Of a DNA stretch of 32,000 nucleotides, positions 16,915 through 25,814 are shown piece by piece. The DNA lies in the NCBI GenBank assembly GCA_965228485.1, contig OZ245819.1, positions 1,230,001-1,262,000 of the forward strand. Reading direction: 5' to 3'. Source of the stretch: Candidatus Saccharimonadota bacterium. Lineage in GTDB: Bacteria > Patescibacteriota > Gracilibacteria > UBA4473. The position numbers and the translations under genes are program-made. The first letter of the stretch is position 1. The number at the start of each line of letters is the position of its first letter. A model generated the notes under the pieces. The model was not told the DNA's origin. It did no database searches and saw only the letters and a program-made list of their open reading frames with translations.

Positions 16915-19229
16915 TGATTTTTTCTACTAAGCGATCGGATATTCTTGGAATGAATGCGCGAAATTTACTTTATATTTCGCGGTTCAATTCTGCGGCAAAT
17001 AAAAAATTTGCAGATGATAAAATCTTTACAAAGCAGTTTCTAGAATCTCGTGGGGTTGGAGTGGCGAGGCTTTATCAGGTGGTAAAAAATCAACGCCAGT
17101 TAACGCATGATTTTTTTGAAAGCTTGCCCGACAGTTTTGTAATTAAGCCCAATAGAGGCTTTGCAGGAGCTGGGATTGTGGTGATTTCTCATAAAAAAGG
17201 AAATAAGTGGGTTACGGTTTCTGGTAAAAAATTGGATGAAGAATCTCTTTACTTGCAGTGTATTGATATCTTAGAGGGGAAATACTCTATTTCAGGGACT
17301 CATGATGATGTTATTTTTGAAGAAACATTAGCCCCTCATCCAGATTTTCGATTACTTACAAACATCGGACTTCCTGATGTTCGAGTGATTGTTTTTAACA
17401 TGGTGCCTGTAATGGCCATGCTTCGAGTTCCAACAGCAGAGTCTGATGGGAAAGCTAATATGGAGCTAGGAGCTATCGCAATGGGGATTGATATTGGTTC
17501 CGGTTTGACTACTGGAGCAGCTAAAAAATCAAAGTTTATCCGCAAAATGCCCAATGGAGAAAGTACAGAAGGATTTCTCATTCCATACTGGGATGATATT
17601 TTGTATGCAGTTTCCAAAATTCAGCAGGTTACTAAAATAGGTTTTTTGGGTGTTGATTTGGTAGTGACCAATACGGGAGTAAAAGTATTAGAAGTTAATG
17701 CTCGTCCAGGATTAAAAATCCAGGTAGCCAATCAAATTCCATTACAAAAAAGATTAGATAAAGTAGCTGATCTTAAAGTCCTAACTCCTGAAGAAGGAGT
17801 TGATGTTGCTAAGACTCTCTTTGCAGAAAAATCTGTATATGAAGCCAGTTTTATTCCTAAGCCAATTCTTGGAATGAAAGAGAATGTGCTTTTAAATTCA
17901 GATCCACCACAGAGTTTGGTAGCGCGTATGGCGCTTAATGAAGAACAGAATTTTATTAATAAGGAATTCTATGATGCAGATGAAAAAGTCTTGGATATTA
18001 CGATTGAAGGGAAACGATTAAAACTTCCAATTGAAAAAAGTAAAAAGAAACTAGATGATTGTGATTTAATCTTGGCTGGAAAATTTTTGAGTGATTTTTA
18101 TATCGACCCAAATAAACCTTTTGAAGAGGTTAACTTGGCGGCTGTTTCAACTCAGTCTGTAGATGAACGAATGCTGCGAAATCTTGATAATAAGATTGCT
18201 GAGATGGATTCTCAGATTAAGCTTTTATCTTATATTAATCCGCGAAATATTTCGGAGCAGAAGGCTGTCTTTTTGAGTAATCCAGAATTTTCACCTCGTT
18301 TCTATTATAAAGATTTGGATTTAGATTTCTCTTTGATGCGTCATGATCTTAAAAAACTTCCAGAGGTAAATCATGCGCTTTATCCACTCTATAAAAAGAA
18401 AATAGAAGAACTTGATTTTAAGCTTGCGATGCTTGAAGCTCGAAGTACAGATGATTTTTCTGGTTTTAGTGAGAAAGTATTTGGTCGAGTGACAAGACAT
18501 TTGTATCAGGAGGCTTTGAAATTCCTCAAGTCTCATGAAGGGAAGGTTCAACCTGATGAAAGCGAGGAATTGGACACTCGGAAAACAACAGAGATTTTGA
18601 AAGATTTCCTAAAGTCCCACAACCTTGGGCATTGGCAGATTAAGCTCGTAGATGATTCAGTAGCCGATATTCAGGTAACAAAACGTGATGCCATTCTTTT
18701 AAAGAAAGGTGCTAAATTTAGAAGAAATCGTTTAAAAGCTCTGCTGGTTCATGAAATTGGAACGCATGTATTTAGATATGAAAATGGGAAATTACAGCCA
18801 TTAAGGATTTTGGAGCGAGGAACGGCTGGATATCTTCGGACAGAAGAAGGTTTAGCGGTTTGGAATCAAAATCAATTAGGATTAGATTTAGGAGATAAAT
18901 TCTTAACCCCTGCTTACCAAATTGTCGCTTTATACGTGGCTCAGCGAATGGGATTTCAGGACCTCTTTCACTACTTGAAAGGGACTTTTGATATGCCTGA
19001 TGACTTGGCGTGGAAACTTTGTCTTAAAGCCAAAAGAGGGTTTGAGGATTCTAGTGTGAGGGGAGCTTTCACGAAAGACGCAATCTATTTTATGGGAGCT
19101 CGAGACATTGATCGATTTTTAGCTAAAGATGGAGATATTACCGATCTTTATGTTGGGAAAATTTCGATAGATGATCTTCCATTGGTTCAAAAAATAGAGG
19201 GATTAAGAGACCCTAAGTTTTTATTGTAA
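16914..19229 (+). CDS. Fusion protein: RimK-related ATP-grasp amidoligase (alpha-L-glutamate ligase-like) plus an HExxxH/EEGLA DUF1704 (MATCAP-like) carboxypeptidase domain
   Basis: N-terminal GMNARNLLYISRFN...DDKIFTKQFL...IKPNRGFAGAGI...GVDLV...VLEVNARPGL is the ATP-grasp part. The C-terminal part starts near nt 18156 with INPRN...NPEFSPRFYY, HEIGTH (18750-18767) and TEEGLAVW (18840-18863). Confidence 0.85.
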   Translation: MIFSTKRSDILGMNARNLLYISRFNSAANKKFADDKIFTKQFLESRGVGVARLYQVVKNQRQLTHDFFESLPDSFVIKPNRGFAGAGIVVISHKKGNKWVTVSGKKLDEESLYLQCIDILEGKYSISGTHDDVIFEETLAPHPDFRLLTNIGLPDVRVIVFNMVPVMAMLRVPTAESDGKANMELGAIAMGIDIGSGLTTGAAKKSKFIRKMPNGESTEGFLIPYWDDILYAVSKIQQVTKIGFLGVDLVVTNTGVKVLEVNARPGLKIQVANQIPLQKRLDKVADLKVLTPEEGVDVAKTLFAEKSVYEASFIPKPILGMKENVLLNSDPPQSLVARMALNEEQNFINKEFYDADEKVLDITIEGKRLKLPIEKSKKKLDDCDLILAGKFLSDFYIDPNKPFEEVNLAAVSTQSVDERMLRNLDNKIAEMDSQIKLLSYINPRNISEQKAVFLSNPEFSPRFYYKDLDLDFSLMRHDLKKLPEVNHALYPLYKKKIEELDFKLAMLEARSTDDFSGFSEKVFGRVTRHLYQEALKFLKSHEGKVQPDESEELDTRKTTEILKDFLKSHNLGHWQIKLVDDSVADIQVTKRDAILLKKGAKFRRNRLKALLVHEIGTHVFRYENGKLQPLRILERGTAGYLRTEEGLAVWNQNQLGLDLGDKFLTPAYQIVALYVAQRMGFQDLFHYLKGTFDMPDDLAWKLCLKAKRGFEDSSVRGAFTKDAIYFMGARDIDRFLAKDGDITDLYVGKISIDDLPLVQKIEGLRDPKFLL

Positions 19230-20912
19230 TTACATCTTTGCTGGAATCTCTATCCCGAGGATTTTGAGTCCTGTTTCGAGTACGTCTAGTACTTTTGAAG
19301 CGAGGATAATTCTTGCATTTCTTAGCTTTACAGTATCAGCATTAAGTACGGAGTTGTCGGCATAAAAACTCGACCAAGTTTGAGCGAGTTCTAGTAGGTA
19401 GGTGACAATGTAGGTTGGGTTTTTTGTGTTAACAGCCTTATTTAAAATTTCTGGCCATTCCATGATTTTTACTCCCAGTGGTTTTTCTGCTTCTCCTAGG
19501 ACATTAAAATCAACGGTTTGTTCTATGTTATTAGCTTTTTCTAGGATAGATTTAATTCGAACACCTGCATACTGTAGATACGGTCCAGTAGCTCCGTGAA
19601 AGTCGATAGATTTTTCGGCATCAAAAGTAATATCTTTATTGGGAGAAGTTCTGAGTAGGAAAAACTTCCAGGCAGCATTTTGAACTTTTTCAGCTATTTC
19701 ATGAATAGTATTTTCAGCAAATTCTGGTTTTGTTTCTTGGATTTTTTTCCTGACTAATTCATGAAGTTCATCCATCAAATTATCCGCATCAACGACGGTT
19801 CCTTCTCGGGATTTCATTCGTCCATCGGGAAGGTTTACGAGACCGTAATTTAGATGATAGCATTTATTAGCTTCCATAATGCCAAGTCTGTCCAGACACT
19901 CAAATAAGACTTGGAAATGATAGTTTTGTTCACTGGCAGTTGTGTAGATGAGACTATCTGGGTGATTGAAATCTTTGTCTCGATTTACGGCGACAGCCAA
20001 ATCTTGAGTTAGATAGACAGAAGTTCCATCAGATCGAAGAATTACCTTTTGGCCAAGTTGTTCGTCTTCAAAATTTATGACAATAGCTCCATCATCTCGA
20101 GTTTCAAAAACACCTCTTTTGAGACCTTCTTGGGCAATATTTTTTCCTTCTAAATAATAATCAGATTCTTTATAACTTTTCTCGAATTTTATACCTTGCC
20201 TGTCATAGGTTTTTTGGTGTCCATCCAAAGTCCAATCGTTCATTTTTTTCCAGGTTTCTCGAACCTCAATATCTCCGGCCTCCCATTTTTGGAGCATGGT
20301 TTGTACTTCAGTATTAAGTTCTTCGTTGTTTTTTGATTCTTGATCAAATTTTACATAGTAACGCCCAACAAGCGCATCACTTTTTTCTCCCGTGTCTTCT
20401 GGAGTTTCTCCATTCCCAAATTGTTGATAGGCGAGTATGGATTTACAGATATGTACCCCTCGGTCATTAATAATATTCACTCGGTGAACTTTTGCCCCAG
20501 CCGCTTCCAGTAGATTTGAAACAGAAAGGCCTAGGGCATGATTTCTCATATGTCCAAGGTGCAGAGGTTTATTGGTATTTGGTCCAGAAAACTCAATAAC
20601 AATTTCCTGATTTTTCAGTAATTTACTTCTTAGCGAAACATTTGTTACGGCACTAAAAAAAGCTTCATTACTGAAATATAGATTTAGGTAGGGACCAGCA
20701 ATTTCAGTTTTTTCTACGAGTTCAAAGTTTTCTAATATTTTTTCTACTTCCTGAGCAATTTCAACAGGAGATTTTTTCAGTTTTTTTGTAAGAGCAAAGA
20801 ATTGCATCGCTAAATCTCCAGACTGCCCTTTTGGAACGGCTGAGAATTGGATCTTTTGTGCGGAATCTTTGTTCCAGTTTTTTTCGAGAAATTGTTGTAC
20901 TTGCTTCTGCAT
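19230..20912 (-). CDS. argS: Arginine--tRNA ligase
   Basis: HIGH-type motif PNTNKPLHLGHMRN, overall class I ArgRS layout, and a C-terminal anticodon-binding DALR-like helical region. Confidence 0.95.
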   Translation of the reverse strand: MQKQVQQFLEKNWNKDSAQKIQFSAVPKGQSGDLAMQFFALTKKLKKSPVEIAQEVEKILENFELVEKTEIAGPYLNLYFSNEAFFSAVTNVSLRSKLLKNQEIVIEFSGPNTNKPLHLGHMRNHALGLSVSNLLEAAGAKVHRVNIINDRGVHICKSILAYQQFGNGETPEDTGEKSDALVGRYYVKFDQESKNNEELNTEVQTMLQKWEAGDIEVRETWKKMNDWTLDGHQKTYDRQGIKFEKSYKESDYYLEGKNIAQEGLKRGVFETRDDGAIVINFEDEQLGQKVILRSDGTSVYLTQDLAVAVNRDKDFNHPDSLIYTTASEQNYHFQVLFECLDRLGIMEANKCYHLNYGLVNLPDGRMKSREGTVVDADNLMDELHELVRKKIQETKPEFAENTIHEIAEKVQNAAWKFFLLRTSPNKDITFDAEKSIDFHGATGPYLQYAGVRIKSILEKANNIEQTVDFNVLGEAEKPLGVKIMEWPEILNKAVNTKNPTYIVTYLLELAQTWSSFYADNSVLNADTVKLRNARIILASKVLDVLETGLKILGIEIPAKM

Positions 20913-20949
20913 CGGAGGAAATTATTCGTTTTTTTAAGTGAAAATCAAT

Positions 20950-22173
20950 TTACTTTGAATTCAACTTTGTTACCTGAGAGACTCCCAAAAGAGAAAGCCC
21001 TGCCATTAGAAAAAGTGTGATAAAGAGCCATTGTGGACCTTCTGGGAAAATATAAAACAGCGGAATAAAGATGAAAAAAGGGATAATATAGGCGGTTTCA
21101 ATAATCCACCATCGAATATGAGATCTTTCGTAGGTGTCTTTTTCGTGAAGCCATTTATAGATTTCATTATCGTGAGGAACACCAATAGACTGCCAGTTTA
21201 CTTTGTAGAAGAAATCTATAGACAGAACCGCTAGAGGAAAAAAGGAAGCTGCTCGGCAGAGGTTGATGAGACTCCCTCTTAAAGCTCCTTTTTTTAGGAG
21301 TGATTTTGTGGATTTCTGTTTTTGGTCAATTTTTTTCCCAATGGAATAGGCAATTATCATCGATAGTAATGATGAAACTCCAATTAAAATGCTCATTGAG
21401 AGCAGATTTTTTACAACTAGAACAAGAAATAATGGCCAAATAATCCAGAGTACTGCATCCTGAAATACCCATGCAGCCTGGGAAGTGTAGAGGGCTTTGG
21501 GAGTGTTTTTAATAGTATCAACCGCAAGCTTTTTTGGGGTATAGGGTACTTTTATTTTTTCGTCTGGCGTAAACATTAAGACAATTCCCCCACAAAGGAA
21601 GAATCCGACGGCAGCATAAGAAGCAATGGAAATTCCATATTGGGTAGTTAGAAAGGCTCCGACGATTGGAGCTAGTAGTGCGGCCATAAGAATAGCAATC
21701 TGAAGATAAGCGATAATTTTTCCGGATCGTTCACGGTTAAGATGATGAGTGAGAAATATATCGTATGAAATCTCAAATAAAACCATTCCAAAGGCTCGTG
21801 CCGCTAAAAAGGGGACCATATGTATAAGGTCTTGATTGAAATTTCCAGTCATAATAATTGGAATCGATAGCCAAAAAATAGACGAAGTTATTGTCATAAT
21901 GGCCATGGAGTGTTTCAGTCCGAGATGTTGAATAAACCAACCGACAAAAGGATGGACTACCGCAAATAGAGTTTGCCACACAAGGTAGAATGTACAAATC
22001 TGCCAGATCTCATAGTTTAGACTTGTATAAAGGTAAAAGGGAAGTGCCAATGAAAGCATGCTTTTTCCCAAATTTCTGAATAGTTGGAATAGTCCTAATT
22101 CCAATAGCTCTGCATCCATGTGTAGGTGGAAGAGATGATGAAAATTGGAGTTAGGGGATTTGTATCGAGTCAT
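20950..22173 (-). CDS. MFS-like polytopic transporter, paralog A
   Basis: 11-12 predicted TM helices. Clear full-length similarity to the 30174-31448 product (FHHLFHL, LNY.(I/L)WQIC, GLKHS, SYDIFL(T/S)HHLN, LLQIAI, TPDEK, YKW(L/I).EK(D/N)T.ERSH). Confidence 0.7.
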   Translation of the reverse strand: MTRYKSPNSNFHHLFHLHMDAELLELGLFQLFRNLGKSMLSLALPFYLYTSLNYEIWQICTFYLVWQTLFAVVHPFVGWFIQHLGLKHSMAIMTITSSIFWLSIPIIMTGNFNQDLIHMVPFLAARAFGMVLFEISYDIFLTHHLNRERSGKIIAYLQIAILMAALLAPIVGAFLTTQYGISIASYAAVGFFLCGGIVLMFTPDEKIKVPYTPKKLAVDTIKNTPKALYTSQAAWVFQDAVLWIIWPLFLVLVVKNLLSMSILIGVSSLLSMIIAYSIGKKIDQKQKSTKSLLKKGALRGSLINLCRAASFFPLAVLSIDFFYKVNWQSIGVPHDNEIYKWLHEKDTYERSHIRWWIIETAYIIPFFIFIPLFYIFPEGPQWLFITLFLMAGLSLLGVSQVTKLNSK

Positions 22174-22191
22174 TTTATAAGGAGTATAGTC

Positions 22192-22821
22192 TTACTTTTT
22201 GGTTTCTACTAAAGTTTTTGAGCCAAAGAAAATAAGCATAATACCAATGACTTGCTCAAGGCATTTCATCCGATTTTGAAGGAATATTTGTACTTGCTGA
22301 ACGCTAAATATTTTGGTTATAAAAGCTAAGTAAATCATTGTATTTAGTGGAAGTAAAATACAGATGATTATCTTTATATTTAAAGGTGTTGTTGGAGGAA
22401 GAACAATAGCAAAAATACTTACAAATGCCATAATCGGTTCTATATTAAAAAGATTAGCAATAGCCCCCATTTGGAATGCTTTTTTGGGATGAATCATTTT
22501 TTTTGTTTTTTTACTTTTTTGAGATTTAAGATTTTTAGCATTTCGAAAAAAACTTCCTCCAAGATATATGAGATAGAGGGCTCCAATAGTTTTTATTCCT
22601 GCTAAGAGGTTTGGATTTTGGCTGATGATGATACTTAGGCCTGTCATCGCGAGAAGACAGTGTAAGAAGGTAATAAATCCAATTCCTAAAACGGTAAAAT
22701 AACCTATATGAATAGAATATTTTAGAGTGTTTCTTGTGACAATAGCAAAGTCTTGTCCTGGGGTAATAATTGATAAAAAATCGATGATGGCGATGGTGAG
22801 AACTAGAGAGAGAGTTGACAT
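22192..22821 (-). CDS. LysE/RhtB-family amino-acid exporter
   Basis: About 6 TM helices and the N-terminal FLSIITPGQDF motif region typical of LysE/ArgO-type exporters. The track start is a TTG at 22857 inside argH. The ATG at 22821 sits 1 nt after the argH stop. Confidence 0.75.
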   Translation of the reverse strand: MSTLSLVLTIAIIDFLSIITPGQDFAIVTRNTLKYSIHIGYFTVLGIGFITFLHCLLAMTGLSIIISQNPNLLAGIKTIGALYLIYLGGSFFRNAKNLKSQKSKKTKKMIHPKKAFQMGAIANLFNIEPIMAFVSIFAIVLPPTTPLNIKIIICILLPLNTMIYLAFITKIFSVQQVQIFLQNRMKCLEQVIGIMLIFFGSKTLVETKK

Positions 22822-22822
22822 G

Positions 22823-24133
22823 TTATAGTTGGTTAAGCTTGTTTCTGAGTTTTTCAAGTCCGAGATTTCCCGTAGCTCCTAAGTGTGTTTTTGATTTTAG
22901 GTTTTTAAAAATTTCTTCTTTGGTCACTGGTTCTGTTTTAAGTTCTTCTAATTCTTCTTTTACCTTTAGATAGGCTTCTCTAAAAGGCATCCCTTGTGCG
23001 ACAAGATTATTGGCCTTATCTGCGGCAAAGATTGTTGGGTCAAAGGCTTCTATGAGTCTCGATTCATTTGGAGTGATGTTGTCGATTAGCGCTTGGCTAA
23101 TTTGGAGCATGTTTTGGACAGTTTTAATACTTTCCATAGTTGGTTCTTTTGAAAGCTGTAAATCTCTGTGATACCCCGAAATTAAATTTGTAGTAAGATG
23201 TTTTAATGTGCTTTCATAACCCAAGATTTTAGCGTGTGAAGCCCTTAGAAGTTCGGCTGGATCTAGATTTTTCTTTTGTGGCATGATGGAGGACCCTGTA
23301 GTAAGCTCATCCTTAACGGTGAAAAACTGGAATTGAGAACTTGTGTACAAAACAAGATCATTGGCGAAGAGTGCGAGTGTTGAGCTGAGGTTACTGAGGT
23401 GGCTGACTAGATCAGCTTCAATTTTTCCTCTGGTATTTTGTGAAGTGAGGCTGATAGTTAGACAGTCATCAAACCCTAGCTTTCTTGCGGTTTCTTCTCT
23501 TGGAAGATCGAAATCAACTCCGAATCCAGCCGCCGAACCCAAGGGGCAAAGGTTAAAATTATTTCTAAAATTTATTAGTTCTTGAAGATTGAGAATGGAC
23601 ATTTCTGCAAAACTTCCAGCCCACATTCCAGCACTTGAAGGCATGGCTACTTGGGTATGAGTAAATCCAGGCATGGGCATGAATTCGTATTTATTAGAAA
23701 AGTTTAAAAATAGTTGAGCTAAATTTTTTGTTGAATAAATAATTTGATCAATATTTTCTCTTTGCCAAAGTCTTGTGGAGACTAGGACTTGGTCATTTCT
23801 AGATCTTCCAGTATGAATTTTTTTACCTATTTCTCCCAGCTCTTTAACGAGATATTCTTCAATAGCGGTATGACCATCTTCTTGTGATTTTTGAATTTCA
23901 AATTTTTGGTTTTGATGTAGTTCTAAGATTTCGAGTAATACAGTTTTAATCTTTTTCAATTCGTTAGGATTTAAAATCCCAATTTTTTGAAGCCCTTCCG
24001 CGTGAGCGATTGAAGCTTGAATGTCATAGGGAATTAATTCTGAATCAAGAATATAGTCATTTCCTACCGTAAAATCTTCGATGAGTTGAGTTAGGTTGGA
24101 ATGATGGTTGGAGTCGGTTTGCCAGAGTTTCAT
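22823..24133 (-). CDS. argH: Argininosuccinate lyase
   Basis: Fumarate-lyase signature GSSIMPQKKNLDPAELLR, TGRSRNDQV and HTQVAMPSS. Confidence 0.95.
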   Translation of the reverse strand: MKLWQTDSNHHSNLTQLIEDFTVGNDYILDSELIPYDIQASIAHAEGLQKIGILNPNELKKIKTVLLEILELHQNQKFEIQKSQEDGHTAIEEYLVKELGEIGKKIHTGRSRNDQVLVSTRLWQRENIDQIIYSTKNLAQLFLNFSNKYEFMPMPGFTHTQVAMPSSAGMWAGSFAEMSILNLQELINFRNNFNLCPLGSAAGFGVDFDLPREETARKLGFDDCLTISLTSQNTRGKIEADLVSHLSNLSSTLALFANDLVLYTSSQFQFFTVKDELTTGSSIMPQKKNLDPAELLRASHAKILGYESTLKHLTTNLISGYHRDLQLSKEPTMESIKTVQNMLQISQALIDNITPNESRLIEAFDPTIFAADKANNLVAQGMPFREAYLKVKEELEELKTEPVTKEEIFKNLKSKTHLGATGNLGLEKLRNKLNQL

Positions 24134-24144
24134 GATTTATAGTT

Positions 24145-25419
24145 TTAATTTTTATTGAATTCGTTCTCCCAATCATACATTCCAAAGGCTGTTTTTTGTG
24201 GAAGATTCCAGAGTTCAATGAATCCTGCTGCGGCATTTTGATTAAAATCTGTCGATTTATTAAATGTGGCTAGGTTTTCGTTGAATAAAGAGTGAGGAGA
24301 GCTTAGTGAAAGGATGGTTACTTGTCCTTTGTAGCATTTTACTTTTACGGTTCCCGTTACTTTTTTATTCATGCTGTTTTGGAAGGCATGAATGTGGTAC
24401 ATCACAGGATCATACCATTTGGCTGCGTAACACAGATAAGCCCATTTGGTATCCATAAAAACTTTTAATTCGTTTTCCTCTCTTGTAGAGACGAGCTTTT
24501 CAAGTTTTTTATGAGCTTCAATCAAGATGGTTGCTCCAGGATTTTCGTAAACGCCTCTGACTTTTAACCCGACAAATCTATCTTCGATGAGAGGAAAGAT
24601 TCCTATGCCATGTTTTGCTCCAATATTATTACACTGCGCAATGAGGTTCATGAGTTTATCTTTTTTCCCGTTTAGAGCGATAGGGATTCCTTTTTCAAAT
24701 TCTATTTCTAGATATTCTGACTTTTCTGGAGCTTCTTCTGGTGTGTTGCACCACTGAATAATGTTTTCAAACTTTGGTTCGAGTTCTGGGTTTTCAATTT
24801 CTCCTCCTTCTCCCGTGTTTCCCCACATATTCTCGTCATAAGAATAGGGTTTATCATTAGATTGTTTTACAGGGATGTTGTGTGACTTACAAAACTCGAT
24901 TTGTTCGTCTCTCCCCATGCTCCATTCTCTTACAGGAGCTATGGTTTTCAGCTTTGGATTAAGCGTTGTTATATAGCCTTCAAATCTTACTTGATCGTTT
25001 CCTTTTCCTGTGCATCCATGAGCAATTACTGAACAATTATTTTGTTCGGCTAGTTTGACGGCTACTTTAGCAATCATAACTCTTCCTAAGGGGGTTGATA
25101 GTGCGTACCCGCCCTGATAGTCAGCATTAGCTTTGATCGCTTCGCTGAGTAGAATATCAGCAAATTCTTCTTTGGCGTCATAGACGATAGCTTCTTTAGC
25201 TCCAAGTGATAGTGCTTTTTGTTTTATAGCTTCAAGGTTATCGGCCGTTTGTCCAAGATCTATGGTAAGAGCAATAACATCACACTGATATTCATCTTGA
25301 ATCCATTTTAGCATCGTAGATGTGTCGAGTCCTCCAGAATAGAGGAGAAGGCAGGTATCGAATGATCCTTTTTCGGCTTCATGTGAAGCCGTTTTGAGAT
25401 AAGTAGTAGTAGATTTCAT
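24145..25419 (-). CDS. argG: Argininosuccinate synthase
   Basis: LLLYSGGLDTSTML (ATP PP-loop), HGCTGKGNDQVRFE and YSYDENMWG motifs. Confidence 0.95.
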   Translation of the reverse strand: MKSTTTYLKTASHEAEKGSFDTCLLLYSGGLDTSTMLKWIQDEYQCDVIALTIDLGQTADNLEAIKQKALSLGAKEAIVYDAKEEFADILLSEAIKANADYQGGYALSTPLGRVMIAKVAVKLAEQNNCSVIAHGCTGKGNDQVRFEGYITTLNPKLKTIAPVREWSMGRDEQIEFCKSHNIPVKQSNDKPYSYDENMWGNTGEGGEIENPELEPKFENIIQWCNTPEEAPEKSEYLEIEFEKGIPIALNGKKDKLMNLIAQCNNIGAKHGIGIFPLIEDRFVGLKVRGVYENPGATILIEAHKKLEKLVSTREENELKVFMDTKWAYLCYAAKWYDPVMYHIHAFQNSMNKKVTGTVKVKCYKGQVTILSLSSPHSLFNENLATFNKSTDFNQNAAAGFIELWNLPQKTAFGMYDWENEFNKN

Positions 25420-25561
25420 AATAAATTTAGTTAATAAGTTTTTTTAGATAATTAAGGTTCATTTTTAATTTCTGGCTTGTCCAGAATCTGCTATTGACCA
25501 GACTCTGGACGAAACTTGTATTATATAAGTTTGAGTTTTGCCAGAGATTTAGACAGGTTCT

Positions 25562-25795
25562 TTATGTTTTATTTTGTTTTTGAGTAATGGCCGAAATAAC
25601 GGCTTTAACGAATTTGTCTCCACTGTTGAGAACGCTCAAATTTATCCATTCTCCACTATCATCTTGAGCAAAAAATTCAGCTAAGTGAAATGGTTGGTTA
25701 TCTCGGCTGTTCCAGGTGTGGTGATGAAAGTTTTCCGCTAACCAGGTGACTTGAGTGTCTAGATCGCCATCTTTTATGTAATGAGGAATTTCCAT
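25562..25795 (-). CDS. Hypothetical protein (77 aa)
   Basis: ATG ORF 19 nt downstream of the GNAT gene on the same strand. No motif recognised. Confidence 0.5.
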   Translation of the reverse strand: MEIPHYIKDGDLDTQVTWLAENFHHHTWNSRDNQPFHLAEFFAQDDSGEWINLSVLNSGDKFVKAVISAITQKQNKT

Positions 25796-25814
25796 AATTT
25801 ACTTTTATTAGTTA

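Noticed and set aside
17336-18551. ORFs 17336-17617 (-) and 18321-18551 (-) antisense to the ATP-grasp fusion gene
   Set aside because: Shadow ORFs within a motif-rich coding frame.
21031-21997. ORFs 21031-21234 (+) and 21773-21997 (-) within transporter paralog A
   Set aside because: Antisense or out-of-frame shadows.
23343-23585. ORF 23343-23585 (+) antisense to argH
   Set aside because: Shadow ORF.
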